In this document: piece by piece, positions 39,401 to 51,320 of the stretch
Position numbering within the stretch: position 1 is the first letter of the stretch
Layout of the letters: each line of letters begins with the position of its first letter
Assembly: GCF_039654945.1 (NCBI RefSeq)
Contig: NW_027361684.1
Location: forward strand, 8,866,001 to 8,930,000
Length of the DNA stretch: 64,000 nucleotides
Direction: 5' to 3'
Source of the DNA: Dendrobates tinctorius
Lineage: Eukaryota
The notes under the pieces: model-generated
Databases searched by the model: none
What the model was told of the DNA's origin: nothing
The model's input: the letters and a program-made list of their open reading frames with translations, nothing else
Made by a program: the position numbers and the translations under genes

Positions 39401-39683
39401 GCAGCGCTGGGACCAGTGTCTTCACTTGCCAATTCCCTACTTAGGGATAGGTGCAGGGCAAGAGAGGGTTTAGGTATCCTGCTCGGTGCCAGGTTGAAAA
39501 ACCTGTATAGGGACGTCAGGGAGATCAGGGCACATCCTTAGGAGAGTGCAGGAGGTGTCCATTTCCCCTTTCCCTATCGCAGGGCCAATCGTTGTAATTG
39601 TGTCTCCTGGTGTGTTTTTTGCTTTGCTGTTTGGTGACTGACCAATCTTTGGGTCGGTCGCATTGGTCAGTCATTTCGTGACA
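36417..39683 (+). mobile_element. Non-autonomous sushi-type LTR retrotransposon (gag+protease only)
   Basis: LTRs 36417-37091 and 39022-39683 (TGTCAC...GTGACA), TSD AGATC, PPT GAAGGGGAGG at 39009-39018, PBS TTAACACCGAC. Confidence 0.92.
37126..38440 (+). pseudogene. gag-protease pseudogene
   Basis: EPKISLPDRFSG, DYCSEFRRWA...WNDPALRSHF, knuckle (YCGQTGHFIGVC), LVDSGAGGNLVD, IVLGLPWLKRHNP; several frameshifts. Confidence 0.85.
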
Positions 39684-40489
39684 AGATCCTGATTCCAATG
39701 TTGTGTCATTTACTGGGCTGCTTGATGTAGTTTTGATAAAATCACTGTTTTATCATTGGCAGATTATCACTTGAGAACTAGTAAACCTGCTGCAATGCAG
39801 TCCTCCATATTCATGAGTTCTGTGTAACACTGGCCCCATCCCTGATTGGCAGCTTTCTGCCTATGCACAGCGTAAACAGAAAGCTGCCAATCAGTGGTGT
39901 GGGCGTGGTTATACGGAGCTCAGCATATAGAGAACTGCTAGATCTGCAGCAGAGAAAACTGTGATTTTATCAAAACTGCAGCAAGCAGCTAAGATCGTGA
40001 TACATCACTGGGATCAGGGTCTTTGTCCCTACATTATGCTGCTCTCTGACGAGGTAGCAAAATCCTGGTGACATATTTCCTTTAATAATGATAGTTTTAT
40101 GAAAAACAATCAGAATTTAAATATTACAGGAGATTGACATAGTTCACCAATATTGCCCTAAATGTCTTATTTTTCTACACTTTTCCAACTTAAATGGTTA
40201 AAAAAAAAATTGTATTAGGAGTACAGCAAATACTCAAAGGCATCATGAAAGGCTGTAATGGATATGGATCAGACCTGGGCCTTGTGGCTGTTCCAGTAAG
40301 ACTCCTAAAATATATAATAAAATTGGGTACACTAGTTCAGTGCAGGATGTGCTGAAATTTTTTTCATAATAATTTATGAAAGTTATGAAATGTCCTATAA
40401 ATATCTTCTGTTCCTGATCTAAGCATCTCTGCTTTTAATTGAGGTGATTATATGTTGTTTTTTGTGTATGGGATATTTGCATGTACATA

Positions 40490-41560
40490 GGAGGATGTGT
40501 GGGGCTCATGCTGTATATATAGGCTTTATGGGGCTCACACTGTATATGGAGGCTATGTGAGGCTCACACTACATATGGATGTCATGTGGGGGCAAATACT
40601 GTATATTGCAAGCTATGTGGGGACTCACTGTATATAGTGAAACTATGTAGTGCAGTCTGTATATAGGAGGCTATGTGGGGCACACGCTGTATATCAGAGG
40701 CTATATGGGGCTCATGCTGTATATGAGAGGCTATGTGGGGTTCAAGCCGTATATAAAAGGCTATGTGGGACACTGTACATAGATAGGCTATGTGAACAGT
40801 TCAAGTTGTGTGTATGGAGGAAATGTGAGGCTCACACTTTGTATAGGAAGGCTATGTGAGGCTCACGCTGAATATAAGAGGCTATGTGGGGCTCATACTG
40901 TATTGGGCTTACACTGTATATAGGGGGCTATGTGGGGCTCACACGATATATAGCAGTTATGTGTGGTATATGCTATAGATAGGAGGCTATGTGGGGGGCT
41001 CACATTGCAAAAAGGAGGCTATGTGGGGGCTCACACTGTATATAGGGAGGCTATGTGGGGGCTCAAGCTATATATAAGAGGCTATGTGGGACACATGTTG
41101 TATAACAGGCTTCATGGGGAACACACTGTATATAAGAAGCAATGTGGAGCTCACACTAAATATATATAGCTATTTGGGGCTCATGCTACATATAGGAGGG
41201 TAGGTGGGGGCTCACACAGTAGATAGACTCCTAAGTGGGGGCTCACACTGTATAGTGCGGCTATAGAGGGACTCACGCTGTTTATGTGGAAGCTATGTGG
41301 GGCTGACTCTGCATATAGGAGGGTATGTGGTGGCTTACACTGTATATAAGAGGCTATGTCGGGGCGCATACTGAATGTAGAAGGCTATGTCGGGGCTCAT
41401 ACTATATATAGGAGGCTTGTGATGGCTCATATTGTAAATAGAGAGGCTATATTGTCTCATACTGTATATAGGAGGCTGTGTGTGGGCTCTTACAGCATAT
41501 AGGGGGTCTATGTGTGGGCTCATATGGTATATTGAGGGACTGTGTGCGAGTTCATATGGT
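40490..41560. repeat. ~30-bp minisatellite (CTATGTGGGGCTCATACTGTATATAGGAGG)
   Basis: Roughly 35 degenerate units; the downstream flank resembles that of 5690-6350. Confidence 0.9.
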
Positions 41561-42721
41561 GTATATGTATGTCAGTATACTTAATTCTGCTGAACATTAA
41601 GTGATATCATTAAGATTAATATAATTAATATGTTAATATTAAGCAGAATTAACTTCAGCCTCCACAACTGCCACAGCCTCTTATGTGGCTCCTTGGGAAA
41701 ATTAGTTGCCCAACCCGGATATAAGCCATGGTGACATTATGCTTTTTCATGTGTGCCAGTCAGATGATATGAAGGAACAGCTTGGCATCTTGTGCCGTCT
41801 TATCAACTGGTGTAAGAAATTGATGTCTTAAGTAAAGGCCCTGTCACACTAAGTGAGATCGCTAGCGATGTCGCTTAAGCGACACCGATTTGATGACGCG
41901 TCAGCGATATCGCTGTGTGTGACATGTAGTGGCGATGTGGCCCCCGTTGCAATGTCGCTGATCGTGCTCGAACGCCCTGGCCTGTTTTTTGATCATTGGT
42001 GTCCCGCTGGCGACCCAGAATCGCCAAGTTTGACACCCTTTATGAACGACGAGCGACCTTGTTGGCGACTCATGTCTCAGCGGCGCAGGCGGGACTAGGT
42101 CTTCTCTTGTAACGCCCCTCAGCTCCGATTGGTGGCCTCTACAACACCTCACCATAAAAGAAAACGTAAAACTGCGCCCCCATCCATTGTTCCTGTGCGC
42201 TTTGTGGATTACTTCAACGTTCTGGTGCTAGTCCTTTGTGCGTTGTACGAGGATACTGTATCTTGTGTGGTTTTTTTCTGCGATCCTGTCAGAGTCGCTA
42301 CTGCGCTTCTTGGTATTTATACTTCAGGATTTTTGATTTTCCCTTGCAAGGCACATATTTAGTGATGTTTTGTTATTTTTTTTTTTAATTTTTTTAATCT
42401 TTTGGTGTTTCTTAAACCTTTTTTTTTTTTTTTTCCCGCACCCACCCCTGCAATTTTTAGATCTTTGCTGTGTTACTGTTTACAGGTAATCAATTTGCTA
42501 TATTTGATCCTCCATTAACATAGGATTACCCTTCAATCTTTTGACTGCCGCGCCCACCCGCCGCCATTTTAGGCTCTTTGCTGCGTTACCTTTTGCAAGC
42601 TCGCTGTTATTTCACTTTTTACAAATGCAATGTTAACAAAAAAGTACTCATAAAAAATTCTTTACTTTTTTATAAATTTTTTTATTAACTTCTCTCTTCT
42701 TTACTGGGCAGGTAGCACATA

Positions 42722-43906
42722 ATGAACATGAACACCGCAGAGCGTGTGGTTGTGGCAGCAGCATTACTGATGGAGATCGACAAGAGGCACGGATGGAAGA
42801 GAGGCGTTCCAAACGAAAGCGTTGCATGTGGATCAGAGAATGGCTGGAGCAGAGGTCCAAGTTCACCCACATGAATCTAGTGAGAGAGCTTCAGGAGAAG
42901 AATCCTCAGGATTTCCGTAATTATCTACGGATGTCGGAGGAATCATTCAAGCTCTTACCGGAATGTGTGAGGCCAGTCACGCTGCGATTCCTAGCAACCG
43001 GACGTTCAATGAAAGACTTGCAATATTCTGCTGCTGTTTCTCGATCACTCCTCAGCGTATTAATTCCAGAGACATGCAACGCCATCGTCCACAGTCTACG
43101 GAGCTACATGCCTTTTCCAAAATCAGAGGCGGAGTGGCAAAAAATTGCATCTGATTTTGAACGTATTTGGCAGTTCCCAAACTGTGGTGGTGCCTTGGAT
43201 GGCAAACATGTGCGGATCACGCAACCACCTAACAGCGGATCCTATTACTATAACTACAAGGGCTACTTCAGCGTGATCCTCATGGCCCTTGTTAATGCCA
43301 GTTATGAATTTATAAACGTCGACGTTGGCATGAACGGAAGGGTTTCGGATGGAGGCGTTTTGGAGCACACAATTTTTGGTGAACACCTGAATAACTGTGA
43401 ACTGCACTTGCCAACCAACATGGACACAACCGACAACCTTAACTTTGTTTTTGTGGGTGATGAAGCCTTCCCCCTTCATGCGAATCTTTTGAAACCGTAC
43501 CCACAAAAAACTTTGTCCGAGGAAAGGCGCATTTTTAATTACAGACTGTCAATGGCACGACGCGTAGTCGAGAATGCCTTCGGCATCATGGCCAAGCGCT
43601 TCAGGCTTTTCCACACGGCAATCAACATGAAGCTGGAATCTATAGACTCGGTGGTGTTGGCCTGTTGCGTTCTTCACAATTTTCTCTGCAAGCGCGATGC
43701 TGTTGCTTACAGTCCACCTGGCTTTGTGGACTCGGACAGCAATGGTGACGTGGTGCTCGGAGAATGGCGTGAAAATGATCCCCGCTATTGCAGGACTTCA
43801 ACCTGTCAATCAAAGCAGGAGCAAGGACGATGCGAAGGCCTGCCGAGACAATTACTGCCAATATTTTAACGGGCCTGGTGCAGTTACTTGGCAGCATCAT
43901 ATATAG
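42722..43906 (+). pseudogene. Harbinger DDE transposase (HARBI1-like), disrupted
   Basis: LRFLATG, FPNCGGALDGKH, YNYKGYFS, GDEAFP, RRVVENAFG, CCVLHNF; apparent frameshifts near both ends and a probable deletion before VTLRF. Confidence 0.9.
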
Positions 43907-44009
43907 TCGGCATTTACACTATTTTTTTTTTGAATAATTTGTGATACTTTCTTGCAATAAAAACAACTAAAATTTAACAAATGCTTTCTTATTATTTCAC
44001 TAATATGGG

Positions 44010-45400
44010 AGAAGGGCAATAAGGGAGTGATGGGGAAAGAGAAATAATGGGGAGAAGCCAAAATGATGGGTGTGATGGGGAAAGAGGAGTAATGGGGAGA
44101 AGGCTAATGATGGTTGTGTTGGGGAAAGAGAAGTAATGGGGAGAGGGCTAATGATGGTTGTGATGAGTAGAGAAGAGGAATGGGGAGAAGGCTAATGATG
44201 GGTGTGATGGGGAGAGGGCTAATGATGGGTGTGATGGGGAGAGAGGAGTAATGGATAGAAGGGTAATGATGGTTGTGATGGGTAAAGAAGAGTAATGGGG
44301 AGAAGGCTAATGATGGTTGTGATGGGGAAAGAAGTAATGGGGAGAGGGCTAATGATGGGTGTGATGGGGAGAGGCGCAATGGGGAGAGGGCAAAAGATGG
44401 GTGTGATGGGGAGAGAAGAGTAATGGATAGAAGGGTAATGATGGTTGTGATGGGGAGAGAAGAGTAATGGGGAGAAGGCTAATGATGGTTGTGATGGGGA
44501 AAGAGCTAATGATGGTTGTGATGGGGAAAGAGAAGTAATGGAGAGAGGGCTAATGATGGGTGTAATGGGGAGAGGGCTAATGATGGTTGTGATGAGTAGA
44601 GAAGAGGAATGAGAAGGCTAATGATGGGTGTGATGGGGAGAGGGCTAATGATGGGTGTGATGGGGAGAGAGGAGTAATGGATAGAAGGGTAATGATGGTT
44701 GTGATGGGTAAAGAAGAGTAATGGGGAGAAGGCTAATGATGGTTGTGATGGGGAAAGAGAAGTAATGGGGAGAGGGCTAATGATGGGTGTGATGGGGAGA
44801 GAGGCGCAATGGGGAGAGGGCAAAAGATGGGTGTGATGGGGAGAGAAGAGTAATGGATAGAAGGGTAATGATGGTTGTGATGGGGAGAGAAGAGTAATGG
44901 GGAGAAGGCTAATGATGGTTGTGATGGGGAAAGAGCTAATGATGGTTGTGATGGGGAAAGAGAAGTAATGGAGAGAGGGCTAATGATGGGTGTGATAGGG
45001 AGAGGGCAAATGATGGGTGTGATGGGGAAAGAGGAGTAATGGGGAGAGGGCAAATGATGGGTGTGATGGGTAGAGAGCAAATGATGGGTGTGATGGGGAA
45101 AGAGGAGTGCTGGGGAGAAGGCTAATGATGGTTCTGTTGGGGAAAGAGAAGTAATGGGGAGAAGGGTAATGATGGGTGTGATGGGGCGAGAGGAGTAATG
45201 GGGAGAAGGCTAATGATGGTTGTGATGGGGAAAGAGGAATAATGGATAGAAGGGTAATGATGGTTGTGATGGGGAGAGAAGAGTAATGGGGAGAAGGCTA
45301 ATGATGGTTCTGTTGGGGAAAGAGGAATAATGGGGAGAAAGGTAATGATGGGTGTGATGGGGAGAGAGGAGTAATGGGGAGAAGGCTAATGCGTATGATG
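44010..45400. repeat. Purine-rich minisatellite (GGAGAAGGCTAATGATGGTTGTGATGGGG)
   Basis: Tandem ~24/41-bp variants with higher-order duplication. Confidence 0.95.
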
Positions 45401-45551
45401 GAGAGAGAGTCTATAAATATATATTTAAAGAGTATCTATAGCAATATATAGCTGTTGTAATGGCTACACCTATTTGCTCACTCTGTTGCGTCTCCAGACT
45501 GAATTATATGACGCATCTGCTTTCCCAAAGTTGCACGTGCGTCGTGACGTC

Positions 45552-45772
45552 ATGGCGCACTGGTGGGCGGCGCTAATGCGGCCTTGTGGGCAGATGAGCA
45601 ACAAAGTGGCATCCAGGTGTTCTGTTCCATGGGGGGAACCTGAGGTGCGCTTCCTTATCCAGGAGTTGGATGCACGGGACTATGACTGTGCTAGACACGA
45701 CCGTCCCATGCTCCACAAGAAAAGGGTCCTCCGCAACATACGGAGAGGCCTTATGAGGACCTTTGAAAAAAA
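45552..45772 (+). pseudogene. Myb/SANT-like domain fragment, truncated by the retrozyme-like insert
   Basis: PWGEPEVRFLIQELDARDY...KKRVLRNIRRGL resembles helices 1-2 of Myb/SANT-like domains. Confidence 0.4.
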
Positions 45773-46277
45773 GAGGATGAATGAACTCATGGAGATCAAC
45801 ATCCAACACTGTGGAGACACCATCACATGTTTCTCAGCGCAGTGATTCTAGAGCAAGGCCCCCATCCCTTTCCCCGGGAAGGAAAAACCACGGGAAGGGC
45901 AGTCTCCAATGAAGGAAACCACCTATGCCAAAACATGGTATCCATCCACAGACAGCTGTTTCGGGGTATTGCCCCTCATCAGTGTGGAGTAGGAAACTGG
46001 CCAGTAGGAGCAATGCCTAGTAGAAGACTGTGAAAAATGAGGATGAATGAACTCATGGAGATCAACATCCAACACTGCGGAGACACCATCACATGTTTCT
46101 CAACGCAGTGATTCTAGAGCAAGGCCCCCATCCCTTATGGGAAATATGTAAAATATGCAAAACACAAGCCGCGGAGACACCATCACATGTTTCTCAACGC
46201 AAGCAATGACTAGCCAGGTCTTTCCCCGGGAAGGAACAACCACGGAAAGGGCAGTCTCCAATGAAGGAAACCACCTA
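45765..46277 (-). mobile_element. Retrozyme-like tandem repeat (266-bp period, ~1.4 units plus a deleted fragment)
   Basis: GAGGATGAATGAACTC at 45773 and 46039; third piece 46173-46277; contains an HHR. Confidence 0.75.
45946..45987 (-). ncRNA. Type I hammerhead ribozyme
   Basis: CCACA CUGAUGA GGGG CAAUA CCCC GAAA CAGCUG UC UGUGG: complete core, 5-bp stem I, 4-bp stem II, palindromic stem III, GUC site. Confidence 0.9.
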
Positions 46278-46327
46278 CACCCAAATACAGCTAACGTTTG
46301 CATAGAATATCACAATCATCAGTCACA

Positions 46328-46746
46328 GAATAATTGAAACTGCAAGGAAAACAAAGCGCAATAGGGTCTTATCTGAGAAAACCAAGATTTCAAAAAATAA
46401 AATATACTCACCGTATATAGGAGAGTAACAGGCATAAAGAAACACGGTCAGCTTGCTGCACATCCAAATGACCACGCTGTGGCCATAAATCTTCAGATTC
46501 ACTAGTAGGATTTTTATGGATAAAACGTGCGCTGCCAGACCATCATTCCTTACAAGTTGTGTGTTTAATATATTTATTTCCCAACGCGTTTCGAGGTCAT
46601 AAAAACATGTACATGTCATCCCCTGAGGAAGAGGTTTTTATGACCTCGAAACGCGTTGGGAAATAAATATATTAAACACACAACTTGTAAGGAATGATGG
46701 TCTGGCAGCGCACGTTTTATCCATAAAAATCCTACTAGTGAATCTG
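46328..46746. mobile_element. Penelope-like inverted pLTR insertion
   Basis: 115-bp inverted arms (46492-46606/46634-46748), 14-bp flanking duplication AATCATCAGTCACA, HHR. Confidence 0.8.
46620..46660 (+). ncRNA. Minimal type I hammerhead ribozyme (PLE type)
   Basis: CCC CUGAGGA A GAGGU UUUUAUG ACCUC GAAA CGCG UU GGG. Confidence 0.8.
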
Positions 46747-46990
46747 AATCATCAGTCACAAGCATTCATGTGAACTGCAAAATAATGGGAGGACAGGACT
46801 TGTATCTATGGTTATTAACTGTCCTTCCACGCTATGCTAAATGGATAGGCCTAAACCGGTAAACTTGATTAATTAACAGTACATGAAGGGATCACTTTTG
46901 GTTTCTTGTATAGTTATCCAATGTAGTTAAAATTTTCTACTCTACTTGGGCATGTACATTGCAATGTTTATTACAAGAAAAAAAGGTACT

Positions 46991-47208
46991 TACATCTCCG
47001 ACAGGTGAGTCCTGCTGGATCACAGGGTCTGGTGCCAACATCGAAGCCATTTTCCTTGGTACTTCTTGGTCCCTTGTGAAAGCAAGAAGATCAAAGTACC
47101 ACAATTTGGGGACATATACATCTTCAGACCCGGCTCCCGACTTGGTCGATTTCTCCACTTTGTTTAGTTCTTTTTTGTATACAGTGCGGAGGCCCTGAAT
47201 CCTTTTTT
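46991..47208 (-). pseudogene. MADF/Myb-SANT Harbinger ORF2 exon fragment
   Basis: IQGLRTVYKKELNKVEKSTKSGAGSEDVYVPKLWYFDLL followed by a GTAAGT donor; N-terminal half missing. Confidence 0.75.
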
Positions 47209-47209
47209 T

Positions 47210-48020
47210 AGCTTAGCACAGCTGAGATCATAAAATGGCGGTGGTGGGCGTGGCAGGAAAAAAAAAAAACAGGCTGCCCAAATAAAATCAAATATGGCCT
47301 ACAAATGTTAGCACAGCTATGATCATAAAATGGTGGTGGTGGGCGCGGCAGAAAAAAAAAAGGCTGCCCAAATAAAATCAAATATGGCCTACAAATGTTA
47401 GCACAGCTGTGATCATAAAATGGTGGTGGTGGGCGTGGCAGGAAAAAAAAAAAAGCCCAAATAAAATTCAAATATGGCCTACAAATGTTAGCACAGCTAT
47501 GATCATAAAATGGTGGTGGGCGCGGCAGGAAAAAAAAAAAAGGCTGCCCAAATAAAATCAAATATGGCCTACAAATGTTAGCACAGCTATTATCATAAAA
47601 TGGTGGTGGTGGGCACGGCAGGAAAAAAAAAAAAAAAAAAAAGGCTGCCCAAATAAAATCAAATATGGCCTACAAATGTTAGCACAGCTGGGATCATAAA
47701 ATGGTGGTGGTGGGCGCGGCAGGAAAAAAAAAAAAAGCCCAAATAAAATTCAAATATGGCCTACAAATGTTAGCACAGCTGTGATCATAAAATAGTGGTG
47801 GTGGGCGTGGCAAAAAAAAAAAGGCTGCCCTAATAAAATTCAAATATGGCCTACAAATGTTAGCACAGCTGTGATCATAAAATAGTGGTTGTGGGCGCGG
47901 CAGAAAAAAAAAAGGCTGCCCTAATAAAATTCAAATATGGCCTACAAATGTTAGCACAGCTGTGATCATAAAATGGCGGGGGTGGACGCGGCAGAAAAAA
48001 AAAAAAAAGGCTGCCCATCC
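47210..48020. repeat. ~90-bp tandem repeat, 9 copies with variable A-tract
   Basis: TTAGCACAGCT recurs every 90-101 bp. Confidence 0.92.
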
Positions 48021-49559
48021 CAAAGCGGCCTTGGGATGGCTGCGATATATAAAAACATATATAAATGTTGAATAAAGTTCTACAAAGTAAAATGCCACAA
48101 ACTTCATAAAAATACAGAAACAGTGCCTACCTTACAAGACAGATTTAAAATCCTTAAGGAATAAATCCGGGGCAAACGCAATAGTGGCTCAGACTGGATC
48201 GCTGGAGCTGCAAAGATGAAGGCTAGCAGGACGCAATATGGAACGATGCGGCTGGAAATCTGTATGAACCACAGCGCTCGAGAACAATGGAAGGGAGCGC
48301 TAATACATCGTCTTTTATGACGCAGTCGTCCAATCACAAAGCGAGAGCTTACAGTGACCACCAATCTGTGCAGAGGGGCGTGGAAAAGGTTGCGCTCTAT
48401 CACACCTATCGAGGTCGGGGTCTTTTACACTACATGCTGTGTGACAGGTCCCAACGACCGCCGAGGTCGTTATACAGATCGCTGATTGCTGGAGTGTTGT
48501 TTATGAGATTTGCCTGTTTGACAGCTAGCAACCATGTAGCGATGCACAAACGATCGCTGCCAGGTCGTGTCGTTGTCGTAATCGCTGGTGCGATCGCTTA
48601 GTGTGACAGGACCTTAAAAGATCCTGAACAGGGCTCTGATAACTGTATAACAGGAGCTCCTTACATCTATTAGACTTCTATTTTTGTGCATCTTATAGAC
48701 ATGAATGAAAAAAACAACTTTTGCCATAAGGAAATCGTTTCATGAACACTTCACTTCACTGAAGCATGGCTATAATAAGACTTCTGCAACGAGGACACCG
48801 ATTGATCAACAGTGTGGTGCACTGTAGTCTGTGCCGTGTAAAATATTGCCCTGCATTGCAGTCCTAAAATGTTATTGTCGAACGAGTACTGACTTGAGCT
48901 GAACTTCCACTATTCCAGAATTGCTTTATCTTTATTCACGTGTCTAAGAAAACTGTCCACTTGCATTGCTGGAGTAGCTTTAAATCAAATATTTCACAAC
49001 AGCAGTGAGAAGAGTTCCCTAATAAATGTATAATATTAAAGCTGCTCCATTTTCTGCCATGAGATATTTGGGTAAAGCTGCTCTTCTTGTGCCACCAGAA
49101 TTCAGCATCCGACAGGGAAACCTCAACTGACACATGAAATCACTCCCGACAGCCTCTAACACAGGCCACATTATGATAATGTTCTTTTATAAAGTCACTA
49201 AATTGCTTTTAAAGAGAACCTGTCAGAAAATACACCCTCAAACCATTATGTAGTTGTCTGTGGAGCCCTTTAAAAGATAAGCAAGTTGATCCCTTAACCA
49301 CAAAAGCAATACTACAGAAACGAGAAATCACTTTTTGAAGTTCTGTATGAATGTGTCTGGAAGTGTATTGGGGCGAGATGACGCACTTACAGCTCCTCAG
49401 CCTCATGCTGTATTTGCTGCCTAGAACCACTCTCCTCATGTCATTGGCTACAATACACAACAGGTATTACAGTGTAAAGCTAAGGAGCTGTTAGTGCAAT
49501 GTCTTATTCCACACCTCCGTCAACTGCATATTGGCTGTGGTCAGGTACTATAGCAATGG

Positions 49560-50040
49560 TGCTATAGCAGAAGGCCATTTTGGAAAATATGTTGAAAAAA
49601 TTCCCATCAGACAACGCTAGCAGCATAGGGCAAGCTTCCCAACCAAGGAACAGAGGTGAGGAGACACACATCAGGTACAGCAGAGGTACACTGTCAAAGG
49701 TCTAGGCCAATTTTATGTCACTCTCCCAGCGCCCTTGCCCTGATAAATGGGTATTTTGTATGAGGGAAAAGTTTTTAAAGATGAATCTGTACCTGGCCGC
49801 TCAAACCAGCATACTCCCTAATTCCTCTGCAGCTTTCAACTATTGGGTCTCAAAGCTGGAAACCTGGCATGAGCTGTCCCTATTCAATGCCTTGGAGGTG
49901 TTGTGCTGCCCTGATGCTAGTGGGTTATAACAGACAGGTTGTTTTGCCTGTCAACAGAAAATGCTGACAGGCTCACTCTGATAAAAATGAACAAAGCCTA
50001 AATTAGACTTGACTTTTCCATAGCACCAGATGACAGGAGC
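49560..50040 (+). pseudogene. hAT transposase C-terminal (dimerisation) relic
   Basis: FNYWVSKLETWHELS...LEVLCCP and LSTENADRLTLIKMN. Confidence 0.65.
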
Positions 50041-50479
50041 ACAGTGTTTTTAATATTCAATATTTGAAAGAGGCCCTCAAGTTGCTGCCTTCAAGGGTCT
50101 ATGGATTACTGTATTACGCTCCATTTTTTAATGGCTTAGCACTTTGTTTAGCGCATTTATGAGTGTAGGAGGACACCAACTACACATTCTTAATATTTTA
50201 ATGAGGCTCTCCAGTTGTTGCTTTCAAGGGTCTATGGATGACCCTGCTTATAATTTTTTCCAGGCTTTGCACTGTGTGCAGAGCCTTTGGAAGGGTAGGA
50301 GTACCACAACTACACTTTGTTCACAATATTTGAATGAGGTACTACAGTTCGTTCAAGGGTGTATGGATGACCCTGCTAGTAATTTTGTGGAGTCCTCAAA
50401 GTTGTAGAGAACTGCAAAAATGTCAGACATCAATGCCCACTCTTCACTTTTTATGTGTGGAGGCTGACCAGAATAACCG

Positions 50480-51320
50480 GGTATGTAGGAGCTGGTATTC
50501 TACAACTGGACTCTGCTGCTAACAAAGACTTGCCAGTATTTCCAGTGTGGCGTTCCAGCGCTTGGTGACATCGTTCACCAGTTGGTGAGCTGGCACTTTG
50601 CATGCACTGCTACACTGCCAGAGCATCAGCAGCTGTAGTTGACTTGCTGAAATGGCCGCTGACACGTACTTTGACCAGAAGCTCTGGCAAATATGGATAG
50701 GTTTTCAGAAACTGCTTAAGTACCAAATTGAGCAAGTGGGCCAGGCATGTTACTTACGTGAGCTTGTGAAGCTTCACATCCACCACCGGGTTACAGCCAT
50801 TATCACACCCGATCATGCCTGGTTGTAGGTTCAGCAGCAAGTCACACATCTGCCTTGTCTGTTGTTCCTTTCAATAACTGTGCCGCGGTGTGCGGTTTGT
50901 TTCCAAGACAAATTAGCCACAACAGAGCCTGTTGCCTCTTCACTAAGGCAATGCCGCAGAGCTTCAAGCTGATGTGTGCTCTGAAATAGCACATCTGAGA
51001 TAGAGGATGAGGAGCAGGAAGGGGTGCAAGAATTGGTGGAGGAAACCCTGACAGAAGTAGGGTAATGAATCCTCGGAGTCAGTAGTACATGTGCCGTGCC
51101 AGGGTGAGACTCGGCATCGAACTTCACAGTGTTCACCCAGTGTGCCATCAGTGAAATGCAGTGTTCCTGGCCACAAGCACTTGTCCACATGTCGGTAGTT
51201 ATGTGGTAAATCCCAGTAACCGTGTTGGTAAGGACCCGGGTGATGTTCCTGGGCACGTGCTGGTACAAGGTGGAGATGCCACATTGAGAAAAATTGTGGC
51301 AGCTGGGGACTGAGTACACC
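50480..51320 (-). pseudogene. hAT transposase catalytic-region relic
   Basis: HITTDMWTS...ISLMAHW, CLAHLLNLV and DV..RWN motifs. Confidence 0.75.

Larger units (their letters stand above)
36353..40081. mobile_element. T2/Kolobok-type MITE, host of the Gypsy insertion
   Basis: TTAA|AGGGAATTTGTCACCAGG ... CCTGGTGACATATTTCCT|TTAA; uninterrupted relative at 62329. Confidence 0.85.
41836..48614 (+). mobile_element. PIF/Harbinger transposon, full extent
   Basis: TAA|AGGCCCTGTCACACTAAG ... CTTAGTGTGACAGGACCT|TAA; transposase and Myb/SANT relics inside. Confidence 0.92.

Noticed and set aside
42793-43869. Domesticated HARBI1 host gene
   Set aside because: Lies within TIRs and a TSD and is frameshifted; a transposon copy.
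47210-48020. Regular repeats resembling a CRISPR array
   Set aside because: No unique spacers, eukaryotic context, no cas genes; a plain tandem repeat.
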